NCBI GenBank assembly: GCA_002269645.1
Contig: NIVC01000217.1
Location: forward strand, 124,001 to 188,000
Source of the DNA: Macrostomum lignano
Taxonomy: Eukaryota
Direction of reading: 5' to 3'
Length of the DNA: 64,000 nucleotides
A program made the translations under genes and the position numbers. Position 1 is the stretch's first letter. Each line of letters opens with the position of its first letter. Positions 11,575-22,869 of the stretch are shown one piece after another. The notes under the pieces were generated by a model. That model saw nothing but the letters and a program-made list of their open reading frames with translations. It had not been told where the DNA came from and did no database searches.

Positions 11575-12710
11575 TGTGATCACAGGGGTGATTTCCTAGA
11601 ATAGATAGCTGTGATCTCAGAGTGATTTTCTAGAATAGATACCCTGTGATCTCAGGGGTGATTTCCTAGAATAGGGACCCTGTGATCTCAGGTGTGATTT
11701 CCTAGAATAGATACCCTGTGATCTCAGGGGTGATTTCCTAGAATAGATACCCTGCGATCTCCAGGTGATTTCCTAAAATAGATACCCTGTCCCTAGAATA
11801 GCTACCCTGTGATCTCAGGTGATTTCCTAGAATAGGGACCCTGTGATCTCAGGTGTGATTTCTTAGAATAGGGACCCTGTGATCTCAGGTGTGATTTCCT
11901 AGAATAGATACCCTGCGATCTCAGGGTGATTTCCTAGAATAGATACGCTGCGATCTCAGGGTGATTTCCTAGAATAGATACCCTGTGATCTCAGGGTGAT
12001 TTCCTAGAATAGATACCCTGTGATCTCAGAGTGATTTCCTAGAATAGATACCCTGCGATCTCAGGTGATTTCCTAGAATAGATACCCTGTGATCTCAGGT
12101 GATTTCCTAGAATAGAGACCCTGTGATCTCAGGGGTGAGTCAGGTGATTTCCTAGAATAAATACCCTGAGATCTTAGGGTGATTTCCTAGAATAGATACC
12201 ACGAAATCTCAGAGTGATTTCCTAGAGTAGATACCTGTGATCTCAGTGTGATTTCCTAGAGTAGATACCTGTGATCTCAGGTGATTTCTTAGAGTAGATA
12301 CCTGTGATCTCAGGTGATTTCTTAGAGTAGATACCTGTGATCTCAGGTGATTTCCTAGAGTAGATACCTGTGATCTCAGGTGATTTCCTAGAGTAGATAC
12401 CTGTTATCTCAGGTGATTTCCTAGAGTAGATACCTGTGATCTCAGGTGATTTCCTAGAGTAGGTACCTGTGATCTCAGGTGATTTCCTAGAGTAGGTACC
12501 TGTGATCTCAGGTGATTTCCTAGAGTAGGTACCTGTGATCTCAGGGTGATTTTCTAGAGTAGATACCTGTGATCTCAGGGTGATTTCCTAGAGTAGATAC
12601 CTGTGATCTCAGATGATTTCCTAAAATAAACACCCTGTGATCTCAGATGATTTCCTAAAATAAACACCCTGTGATCTCAGATGCTTTCCTAAAATAAACA
12701 CCCTGTGATC
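11575..12710. repeat. 33-35 bp minisatellite, array 1
   Basis: ctgtgatctcagg(g)tgatttcctagaatagatacc repeats; fills the intron between exon 1A and exon 2. Confidence 0.97.
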
Positions 12711-12754
12711 TCTGGTACTGAGCAAGCTCACACACGCATAAACACCTGTCTCAC

Positions 12755-12817
12755 CATCAATAGCAAAGATAGCAGAAGTCTTTGTCCAATCCGTGTTTTT
12801 GAAAGGCAAAATTTCAT
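12755..12817 (-). CDS. GT32-like gene, alternative first exon 1A (MKFCLSKTRIGQRLLLSLLLM)
   Basis: ATG at 12817, 63 bp, donor ATG|GTGAGA; joins exon 2 in phase 0 and completes a type II signal-anchor. Confidence 0.75.
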
Positions 12818-13194
12818 GCTGTATTGAATGACAAGAAAATGTTAGTCTTGCTTTAAAGGTCCAAATCGTAGCCATATAAAAGGGTCATCCATGTATGAAT
12901 AAAACCGTGTATAGGACTTTCCGTGCATAAGCACTGCAGCTTACGTTTTTACCATAGACAACTAAGGGATCTGCAGTAACCAATCGGTGCGAACGATGGC
13001 TTCGCGGGACAAAGTTGCATCCCCAAATTTAAGGCAGACGAGCAATCCATGGTTTTATTCATCCATGGGGTCATCCGAAAAGTTTCAGCAATCGGATGAT
13101 TTTGTGCCATAGACAACTCGTGTGATTAGGAGCAGTCGCAAACTTCTGTTCTCTAGAGAAAATTTTGTGAGATCACAGAGATAGCTCGTATATA

Positions 13195-13900
13195 CCCTGT
13201 GATCTCAGGTGATTTCCTAGAATAGATGCCTGTGATCTCAGGTGATTTCCTAGAATAAATACCCTGAGATCTCAGGTGATTTCCTAGAATAGATACCCTG
13301 TGATCTCAGTGTGATTTCCTAGAATAGATGCCTGTGATCTCAGGGTGATTTCCTAGAATAGATACCCTGTGATCTCAGTGTGATTTCCTAGAATAGATGC
13401 CTGTGATCTCAGGGTGATTTCCTAGAATAGATACCCTGTGATCTCAGTGTGATTTCCTAGAATAGATACCCTGTGATCTCAGTGTGATTTCCTAGAATAG
13501 ATGCCTGTGATCTCAGGGTGATTTCCTAGAATAGATACCCTGTGATCTCAGGTGATTTCCTAGAATAAATACCCTGAGATCTTTAGGGGGATTTCCTAGA
13601 ATAGATACCCTGAGATCTCAAGGTGATTTCCTAGAATAGATACCCTGAGATCTTTAGGGGGATTTCCTAGAATAGATACCCTGAGATCTCAAGGTGATTT
13701 CCTAGAATAGATACCCTGAGATCTCAGGGTGATTTCCTAGAATAGATACCTGTTATCTCAAGGTGATTTCCTAGAATAGATGCCCTGAGATCTCAGGTGA
13801 TTTCCTAGATTAGATACCATGTGATCTCAGGGGTGATTTCCTAGAATAGATACCTGTTATCTCAGGTGATTTCCTAGATTAGATACCTGTTATCTCAGCT
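13195..13900. repeat. 33-35 bp minisatellite, array 2 (same family as 11575-12710)
   Basis: Same unit as array 1; lies directly after exon 1B in transcript orientation. Confidence 0.97.
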
Positions 13901-13953
13901 ATGACAAGTAAACATGCTTACACGCACACGCACAATAACCGAGCCTTTCTCAC

Positions 13954-14037
13954 CGTCAAAAACAAAGACAACAGACGTCTTTGTCCAATCCTTGTTTTTG
14001 TAAGGCAAAAATTGCAAAACTTAAAAAAGTTTTTCAT
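13954..14037 (-). CDS. GT32-like gene, alternative first exon 1B (MKNFFKFCNFCLTKTRIGQRRLLSLFLT)
   Basis: ATG at 14037, 84 bp, donor ACG|GTGAGA, phase 0; clear paralogue of exon 1A (FCL-KTRIGQR-LLSL). Confidence 0.7.
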
Positions 14038-14419
14038 GCTTTTGTGGATGGCAACAAAACTGTGTTAAAGTCTTGCATTGGGCTTGGCTCTGTAGCCATA
14101 TATTGCAATATATATCATATTGCTAAGCGACAGAGAATTTCTACCCAGGTTATAACCGGTGCAGGTGAGGTTCATTATGTACTGTACAGGCTCTGGAATT
14201 GCGCAGTTCGGCGCACTGACGAATGAAATATCTGGGGTGGCTGGTAGCTATAAATATTTAGTTGCCAATCATTCTCTTCTTATACTGGTAACTTGGCAAC
14301 TTGGCTCAAGCATTATTTTCAATTCTAATTAGTGCCGGGCTTCACCTGCTGTTTCAAGTCACTAGCGTATGCTAAAACCGAGTTTGCATATTTGTGGTAT
14401 TAAAGCACATGAGTCTGAA

Positions 14420-16215
14420 ATCCCGATTTGAGTCTGAATCTCAAATCCCAATTTGAGTCTGAATCACAATTTGAGTCTAAATCCCTATTTGTAGGGCCTC
14501 AAATCCTAATTTGAGTCTGAATCCCAATTTGTAGGGCCTCAAATCCCAATTTGAGTATCAAATCCCAATTTGAGTATCAAATCCCAATTTGAGTTTGAAT
14601 CCCTATTTGGGTGGAGAATCCCAATTTGAGTATCAAATCCCAATTTGAGTATCAAATCCCAATTTGAGTATCAAATCCCAATTTGAGTATCAAATCCCAA
14701 TTTGAGTATCAAATCCCAATTTGAGTTTGAATCCCTATTTGGGTGGAGAATCCCAATTTGAGTATCAAATCCCAATTTGAGTATCAAATCCCAATTTGAG
14801 TATCAAATCCCAATTTGGGTATCAAATCCCAATTTGAGCACCTATCAAATCCCAATTTGAGTATCAAATCCCCATTTGAGTATCAAATCCCAATTTTAGT
14901 ATCAAATCCCAATTTGGGTATCAAATCCCAATTTGAGCACCTATCAAATCCCAATTTGAGTATCAAATCCCAATTTGAGTATCAAATCCCAATTTGAGTA
15001 TCAAATCCCAATTTGAGTTTGAATCCCTATTTGGGTGGAGAATCCCAATTTGAGTATCAAATCCCAATTTGGGTATCAAATCCCAATTTGAGCACCTATC
15101 AAATCCCAATTTGAGTATCGAATCCCAATTTGAGTATCAAATCCCAATCTGAGTATCAAATCCCAATTTGAGTATCAAATCTCAATTTGAGTTTGAATCC
15201 CTATTTGAGTATCAAATCCCAATTTGAGTATCAAATCCCAATTTGAGTATCAAATCCCAATTTGAGTATCAAATCCCAATTTGAGTTTGAATCCCTATTT
15301 GGGTGGAGAATCCCAATTTGAGTATCAAATCCCAATTTGAGTATCAAATCCCAATTTGAGTATCAAATCCCAATTTGAGTATCAAATCCCAATTTGAGTA
15401 TCAAATCCCAATTTGAGTATCAAATCCCAATTTGAGTATCAAATCCCAATTTGAGTATCAAATCCCAATTTGAGTATCAAATCCCAATTTGAGTATCAAA
15501 TCCCAATTTGAGTATCAAATCCCAATTTGAGCACCTATCAAATCCCAATTTGAGTATCGAATCCCAATTTGAGTATCAAATCCCAATCTGAGTATCAAAT
15601 CCCTATTTGAGTATCAAATCCCAATTTGAGTATCAAATCCCAATTTGTAGGGCCTCAAATCCCAATTTGAGTATCAAATCCCAATTTGAGCACCTATCAA
15701 ATCCCAATTTGAGTATCGAATCCCAATTTGAGTATCAAATCCCAATTTGTAGGGCCTCAAATCCCAATTTGAGTATCGAATCCCAATTTGAGTATCAAAT
15801 CCCAATTTGTAGGGCCTCAAATCCCAATTTGAGTATCAAATCCCAATTTGAGTATCAAATCCCAATTTGAGTATCAAATCCCAATTTGAGTCTGAATCCC
15901 AATTTGAGTATCGAATCCCAATTTGAGTATCGAATCCCAATTTGAGTATCAAATCCCAATTTGAGTTTGAATCCCTATTTGGGTGGAGAATCCCAATTTG
16001 AGTATCAAATCCCAATTTGAGTTTGAATGCCTATTTGGGTGGAGAATCCCAATTTGAGTATCGAATCCCAATTCGAGTATCAAATCCCAATTTGAGTATC
16101 AAATCCCAATTTGAGTATCAAAACCCAATTTGAGTATCAAATCCCAATTTGAGTCTGAATCACAATTTGAGTCTGAATCCCAATTTGAGTCTGAATCCCA
16201 ATTTGGGTGAAAAAT
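14420..16215. repeat. 19-bp minisatellite with interspersed variant units
   Basis: tatcaaatcccaatttgag repeats with recurring variants (gggtggag, gcacctatc, gtagggcctc). Confidence 0.97.
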
Positions 16216-16934
16216 CTCAATTTAAGTATCGAATCCTTAAGACCAAACCCAAGCTTCTGAACTCTATAGCCTTTCTCAACCTTCTCTTCCTTCGCCTGAC
16301 TCATCCAACTCTGTGAATGTTCAACATCAATCCTGCTGGATAAACGCGCAGAAACCTCCTCACCAACGAGCCGGTCGCAATGAAGGCAGTCAGCTGCCGC
16401 CGTCTCCAGCTGCCCCGAGGAACAACGAATTTGGCGCTCATATTGATAAAATTTTTTTGCACAGCATGTAGTCTGAGTCTCTGCTCTACCCATAGTTGGT
16501 TTTGAGCTCCCGCGGAGCGGATTAAAAAGAATCAGGGTCCTCCTGGTGTTGCCTGCCTGGGGTTGTTGCAAATTCTTCAAGTGGGAAGCATTAACTATAA
16601 TCCTTTCCTGTCTTACCTCTCCTTGGGGGGTAGGGGGGGGGGTTGCATTTTATTACTTCCTCTCTGTTGAAAATAACAATGTTCAGATTTTTGCTGAGCT
16701 GTTCTGCGGCACGGCAGGGCAGCATCTGCTCCCTATAGGTACCTCAGCTACAGTCACGCATGCAGACTGCAAATTCTCCTTTTCTACTGTTGAGACAGAA
16801 AAAACGATTTTTGCAAGTATTTTAACGTAAATTTTACATGAAATATTACTTTTTGCTATTCAAAAGGATCGCCAATAAAAAGTTCTTGGCCTGTCACGTG
16901 GCAAAATGTATTATCGATTAACATTCTAAATCGG

Positions 16935-17500
16935 AAATCACGTGACCAAGTAAATAAACAGAGAAAAGCTCCAAAGTTTAAAAATCACGGGACCAAGTAA
17001 ATGAACGGATAAGAGTTCCAAAGTTTTAAGATCACGTGACCAAGTAAATAAACAGAGAAGAGTTCCAAAGTTTTAAGATCACGTGACCCAGTAAATAAAC
17101 AGAGAAGAGTTCCAAAGTTTTAAGATCACGTGACCAAGTAAATAAACAGAGAAGAGTTCCAAAGTTTTAAGATCACGTGACCAAGTAAATAAACAGAGAA
17201 GAGTTCCAAAGTTTTAAGATCACGTGACCCAGTAAATAAACAGAGAAGAGTTCCAAAGTTTTAAGATCACGTGACCAAGTAAATAAACAGAGAAAAGCTC
17301 CAAAGTTTAAAAATCACGGGACCAAGTAAATGAACGGATAAAAGTTCCAAAGTTTTAAGATCACGTGACCGAGTAAATAGACGGAGAAAAGCTCCAAAAT
17401 TTTAAAATCACGTGACCAAGTAAATAAACAGAGAAGAGTTCCAAAAGTGTAAGATCACGTGACCCAGTAAATGAACAGAGAAGAGTTCCAAAAGTTTTCA
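16935..17500. repeat. 47-bp minisatellite
   Basis: tcacgtgaccaagtaaataaacagagaagagttccaaagttttaaga repeated about 11 times (period measured 17032 to 17079). Confidence 0.95.
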
Positions 17501-18018
17501 ATCATGTGACAAGACTGACGGCCTGATGGCTTGTGGATTAACTGTTGGATTAACAATCCGCGTAAAAATGTTGTGTTTTTGTCTAAGCCATTCTACACTT
17601 ACCCTTGTATATGTATTGAGCCTCCACATGGTAGCACTTTTGGGACTTCGCCAGACAATTTCTCTTATTAATAATAGGTCTAGTAGGTAATACTGTGTTT
17701 TCCAGTCTTTTTTATGCGAAGGCAAGACAAAACAGCTGTTTAAAGGAAAAGCAGAATGCATTTAATTGCTGAGTTGGGCTAGCAAACAGCATGCAGGCAT
17801 GCGTCCGCACAGGGCCATTATTGCCAAAATAAACCAGCTCTCCAGGTTCGAGATGATATGCATCTTCAAGGAAACTGATTTGCTGCTCTTCTCGGATCAG
17901 CAGGGAATTACTGTGGACTTTATCCGCTTCTTGAGAGCAGAAGCTGCTTTTAACCCCTCACTTTGCCCCCTTGCCATAACATGCACTCTGAATTCCTTAT
18001 ATGGAAAAGCTGCACTTT

Positions 18019-18063
18019 TATCTATCTATCTATCTATCTATTTATCTATCTATCTATTTATCC

Positions 18064-18102
<39 letters not shown>
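18019..18102. repeat. (TCTA)n microsatellite at the 5' flank of the Penelope-like element
   Basis: Direct reading. Confidence 0.97.
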
Positions 18103-18713
18103 GTGTTGATTTTGTTTACAACGACACGCGCTATCTTCAAGTCAAAGCACAAGCATGGGAAAGGCCTTTGCGCCATCCTACGCCAACATATTTATGTCTG
18201 CCTGGGAATCCAAAGCTTTAGAAGCTGCTCCGTTTACCCCTCGTTTCTTCAAGCGCTACATTAACGACATTTTTATGGTTTTCGTCGGCACTGACGACGA
18301 ACTAAAGGAGATGCACAGGCATCTGAATGAATTCGATAGCGACATCAGACTCACGATGCAATACAGCAGAGAGAAGATTCACTGAATTCCAGGACTGCTG
18401 TGTCAGTCTGACTGACGCAGGCAACAACAAGAAGAGACTTTTGTGCTCAATCTACTTCAAATCCATCGATTCACGCCAGCTCTTACATCCGGGATCTTTT
18501 CACCCTGAAAAGCACACTTTCAAAGGTATACTGAAATCTCAGTTCCTCCGTTACGCTCACCGTTGCTAATTTAAAGAAGACTTCGATGAGGCCAGCAGCA
18601 GCTTAACAAGCATCCTGAAGAAACAAGGATACTCTGTCTGCTTAATCAGGGATGCTAAGAAATCTGCTCTCATCCAGGTAGGCCTCTACATAGAGCACGG
18701 GAACTTTGGCCCA
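18103..18713 (+). mobile_element. Penelope-like element, 5'-truncated and decayed reverse transcriptase/thumb
   Basis: FVYNDTRYLQVK/SMGKAFAPSYANIFM, RYINDIF (YxDD mutated), KSIDSRQLLHPGSFHP..FKGILKSQFLRY, ILKKQGY; frameshifts and stops. Confidence 0.88.
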
Positions 18714-20080
18714 GTTTGTTTGATGTTGAACGAGGGTGGGAACCAGTGCTACCCGCGGATCAGCCCAGGGAAGGGCTCTGCCGCTAGAGTTAAGGGGCTA
18801 ATCTACCAGGGGCATATAAGCCCGAGTAGCCCAGATTTGGACCAGGACTCAAGGCCTGGTGAGAGAGCCTTATTGAGCGCTACTCACCCAAGCCTATGAA
18901 CTAAGACACCGCCAACCCAACTGTGGAATCAGGGGACGGTGCAAGGACCGAATCCACCCAAGCCACCACCAACGACAAAACCCGAGTGTGCGCGAAAAGT
19001 TTTGGAAGTTTTTCGAAAAGCGATCCGAGAGTGGGAAAACCCAAAGTCTGCGGAAAGAATGCTTTAGATTGGAGCGAGACTGGGCAGCTTATTGCGATGG
19101 GCGAGTCTCCTGTCAGGTAGGCCACGACCCAAATAACCACCTATAGGGCTGCCAGCCACAAGGCTTTTTCACCATCCAGCTCTAAGAGATTTTGGAATTA
19201 CTTAGTAGCAGTCCGAGAGCGGAAAGACTCGAGTCTACGGGAAAAGGCTAATTTATTGGAGCGAGACTGGGAAGCTTATTGCGATGGGAGAGTCTCCTGT
19301 CAGGTAGGCCACGACCCAAATAACCACCTATAGGGCTGCCAGCCACAAGGCTTTTTCACCATCCAGCTCTAAGAGATTTTGGAATTACTTAGTAGCAGTC
19401 CGAGAGCGGAAAGACTCGAGTCTACGGGAAAAGGCTAATTTATTGGAGCGAGACTGGGCAGCTTATTGCGATGGGAGAGTCTCCTATCAGGTAGGCAACC
19501 GCATAATCCTCCTATAGGGCTGCGAGCTTCAAGGCTTTTTCGCTATCCAGCTATCTGGGGAAAGCCGGTTTTCCCCGAGTCGGGACGAACTCATTCCCCA
19601 GGACTCCAATTCACTGTCAGAGATGAGAGCCGAGACACAAAAGCAGGGAGACAACCAGAGGAGCCAGCAGATGGACCGAGGGAGCAGGTGGAAACACTGA
19701 GGCGAGACTTTCACTCCCAATGATTGGGTGGCTCAAGTGCCAAGATAAAACCAAGGGCTAAAACATGGGGACTAAAACTGAAGGAGGATCACACAACCTC
19801 AGGGGCTCAGCCTCAGGGCTGGCATCAACTGGGCTCTACCGTAAACTTTTGTGAATGGTCGTCTTTCCTGCAGGGCGGGTGCGACCGAGGGGCTGAAGTC
19901 CCGATCTAGCCACACTGCAGTCAAGATCTCCAACTCACTCCAGGTACACCTCCCCCCCCCCTAAACCAAGGCAGGGCCGAAAAATTAGAAAAGAATTCAG
20001 GGTCTATTTTTAGATGTGTACATCGCCTCCGGTGAGGGCACATTTATGATTGGGCTACCCGATAGATAGGCCAATTAGAT
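18714..20080 (-). mobile_element. ~1.37 kb family B insert splitting the Penelope RT from its endonuclease
   Basis: Non-coding, contains the core shared with 2962-3046, has a caaacaaac-type tail at the minus-strand 3' end and an internal 187-bp duplication; exact ends uncertain. Confidence 0.55.
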
Positions 20081-20129
20081 TGCGGCACAACCCGAGAAAT
20101 GCCGCCAGAAGGCAGCCAGGATAAAAACA

Positions 20130-20625
20130 GTCAGATACCGTCTTTACGGTCTACCGGCCAAGTTTTTTTAGGGTCGTCCAGTGCAACAAAAATGATTTAC
20201 AAAATTTGTCAAAAAGTTCGCTGTAACTCCAGGAATGTGGTGTATGCCATTCTGTGCAAGACTTGCAATGACCGCTGTATCTACGTAGGTGAGACTGGAG
20301 GCGCTCTCAAAGTCAGACTTCAGGCTCACTTGAGCGACATCAGACTGGCTAAGGACACCCCAATCTCCAGGCACTTTCGGTCACCAAACCACAGTATTCA
20401 GGACCTCCGCTTTATGGGTCTGTGGTGCCTCAGTACTGAGTGCCTGGCCACTAAAGAGGGCGCTCAACGCAGGCGGAGGAATATGGAGCAGAAGCTCATC
20501 GCTTTACTACAGACCCAGACTCCGGCAGGCTTAAACACCGTCATCACTGAAAAAGACGCCTGCATCCCAATAGTGAATTTAATTAAAGAAATTGTAATTG
20601 TACTGTGTCTGGTTTCTTTTCGCCT
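20130..20625 (+). mobile_element. Penelope-like element GIY-YIG endonuclease and short 3' end
   Basis: CNSRNVVYAILCKTC..IYVGETG..LKVRLQAH..ISRHF..EQKLIALLQT..GLN is the typical PLE GIY-YIG pattern. Confidence 0.9.
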
Positions 20626-20676
20626 TATCTATCTATCTATCTATCTGTCTATCTATCTATCTATTTATCTATCTAG

Positions 20677-20732
<56 letters not shown>

Positions 20733-20760
20733 AGTCTGTCTGTCAGTCTGTCTGTACTGA
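20626..20760. repeat. (TCTA)n(TCTG)n microsatellite at the 3' flank of the PLE
   Basis: Direct reading. Confidence 0.97.
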
Positions 20761-21359
20761 CTGCAACCAGTTTAGTAACACTTGGCCCCCACTGCAATTA
20801 TCCTAAGCACGTTACAAGGCAGTAATTAACCACCCACCTTGACTCCGCTCTCGTCCCAGGACCAACCCAAGAGCGGTGAAACAGGAGTGCGCACCACCCA
20901 CCAGGATGTCCTCGCCTTTGCAATTACTGTTGTTAACTATTCGCGACCAGAGAAGCAAGCCCCACCCTTGTCTGCTTCCGAAAGTGCTCCTGTGTCTTCC
21001 GTTTGCTAATTGCTGAGCTGGGTTTGATGTTGCGCCTGATCGACTCAGTTTTATTTTAGTCCAAGCCCCAGTCTGCAGACTCGTGCTCTTATTCATTTTT
21101 GTAATGCCAGTTTTAGGTTTGTCTCTTTATGCAATCCGTGTCAGGTTACTTTTTACACTGGCTTGTCTCCCACTGCCAAGCTGTTTCATCTGCCTCAAAT
21201 ATGCATGGCACGGCAGTAACCTTGCAGTGCACTTAAGCCGAGGAGGCTCTTGTCGGTCTGCGCATCCCTGCCTGCCTCCTCTTTTATCTCTGTTCTCCCT
21301 CAATTGCACTTCGATCTCATTTTCTGTGGCTCCGGTTCCTTTCACGTTCTTAACCATAT

Positions 21360-22560
21360 TATCCCTCTCCCTCCGTATCTCTCTCTCGCTCTCCCCTCTC
21401 ACCGTTTCCCTCCTTATCTCTCTCACTCTCCCCCTCTCACCGTTTCCCTCCTTATCTCTCTCTCGCTCTCCCCTCTCACCGTTTCCCTCCTTATCTCTCT
21501 CTCTCGCTCTCCCCTCTCACCGTTTCCCTCCTTATCTCTCTCTCTCGCTCTCCCCTCTCACCGTTTCCCTCCTTATCTCTCTCTCACTCTCCCCTCTCAC
21601 CGTTTCCCTCCTTATCTCTCTCTCGCTCTCCCCCTCTCACTGTTTCCCTCCTTATCTCTCTCTCACTCTCCCCTCTCACCGTTTCCCTCCTTATCTCTCT
21701 CACTCTCCCCTCTCACCGTTTCCCTCCTTATCTCTCTCTCACTCTCCCCCTCTCACCGTTTCCCTCCTTATCTCTCTCTCACTCTCCCCCTCTCACCGTT
21801 TCCCTCCTTATCTCTCTCACTCTCCCCTCTCACCGTTTCCCTCCTTATCTCTCTCTCTCACTCTCCCCTCTCACCGTTTCCCTCCTTATCTCTCTCTCGC
21901 TCTCCCCTCTCACCGTTTCCCTCCTTATCTCTCTCTCACTCTCCCCTCTCACCGTTTCCCTCCTTATCTCTCTCTCACTCTCCCCTCTCACCGTTTCCCT
22001 CCTTATCTCTCTCTCGCTCTCCCCTCTCACCGTTTCCCTCCTTATCTCTCTCTCGCTCTCCCCTCTCACCGTTTCCCTCCTTATCTCTCTCTCACTCTCC
22101 CCTCTCACCGTTTCCCTCCTTATCTCTCTCTCACTCTCCCCTCTCACCGTTTCCCTCCTTATCTCTCTCTCACTCTCCCCTCTCACCGTTTCCCTCCTTA
22201 TCTCTCTCTCACTCTCCCCCTCTCACCGTTTCCCTCCTTATCTCTCTCTCGCTCTCCCCTCTCACCGTTTCCCTCCTTATCTCTCTCTCGCTCTCCCCTC
22301 TCACCGTTTCCCTCCTTATCTCTCTCTCACTCTCCCCTCTCACCGTTTCCCTCCTTATCTCTCTCTCACTCTCCCCTCTCACCGTTTCCCTCCTTATCTC
22401 TCTCTCACTCTCCCCTTCTCACCCTCTCCCTTTTTTCTCGCTTACCATCTTTCTCCCTCTCCTTTCGCTCCCTTCTCTTTACCTCTCCGATCCCTACCTC
22501 TCTCTCGCTCTCCCTTCCTATCTCTCCCTCTCCTCTCTCTGTCATCGTCTCTGTCTCCCC
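21360..22560. repeat. ~39-bp pyrimidine-rich minisatellite
   Basis: ctcccctctcaccgtttccctccttatctctctctc(a/g)ct repeats. Confidence 0.95.
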
Positions 22561-22869
22561 CCCTCTCCTTGTCTTGAAGTGAATATCTAGAAAACAAAGC
22601 ATCTAAAAACAAATATTTTCCCTCTAAGTATTATAGGAGCGTAGAAGTATCTTAAACATATCTTTTAATTCTCCCCTTGTACTTCTCACAGACAGGTAAG
22701 CTCTGTCGGCAGCCACAACTATGGCCAGAATTTTATATCAATAAGTTTTGTATTTTTTCGCGTCATAAATATTAATTTCCTATTGAAATTTCAGGTTTTA
22801 CAGACAAGCAACGACAAAAAAGCTGAATTTCAGCATCGAGATATTTTTACACAAAAGCTGAAGATATCT

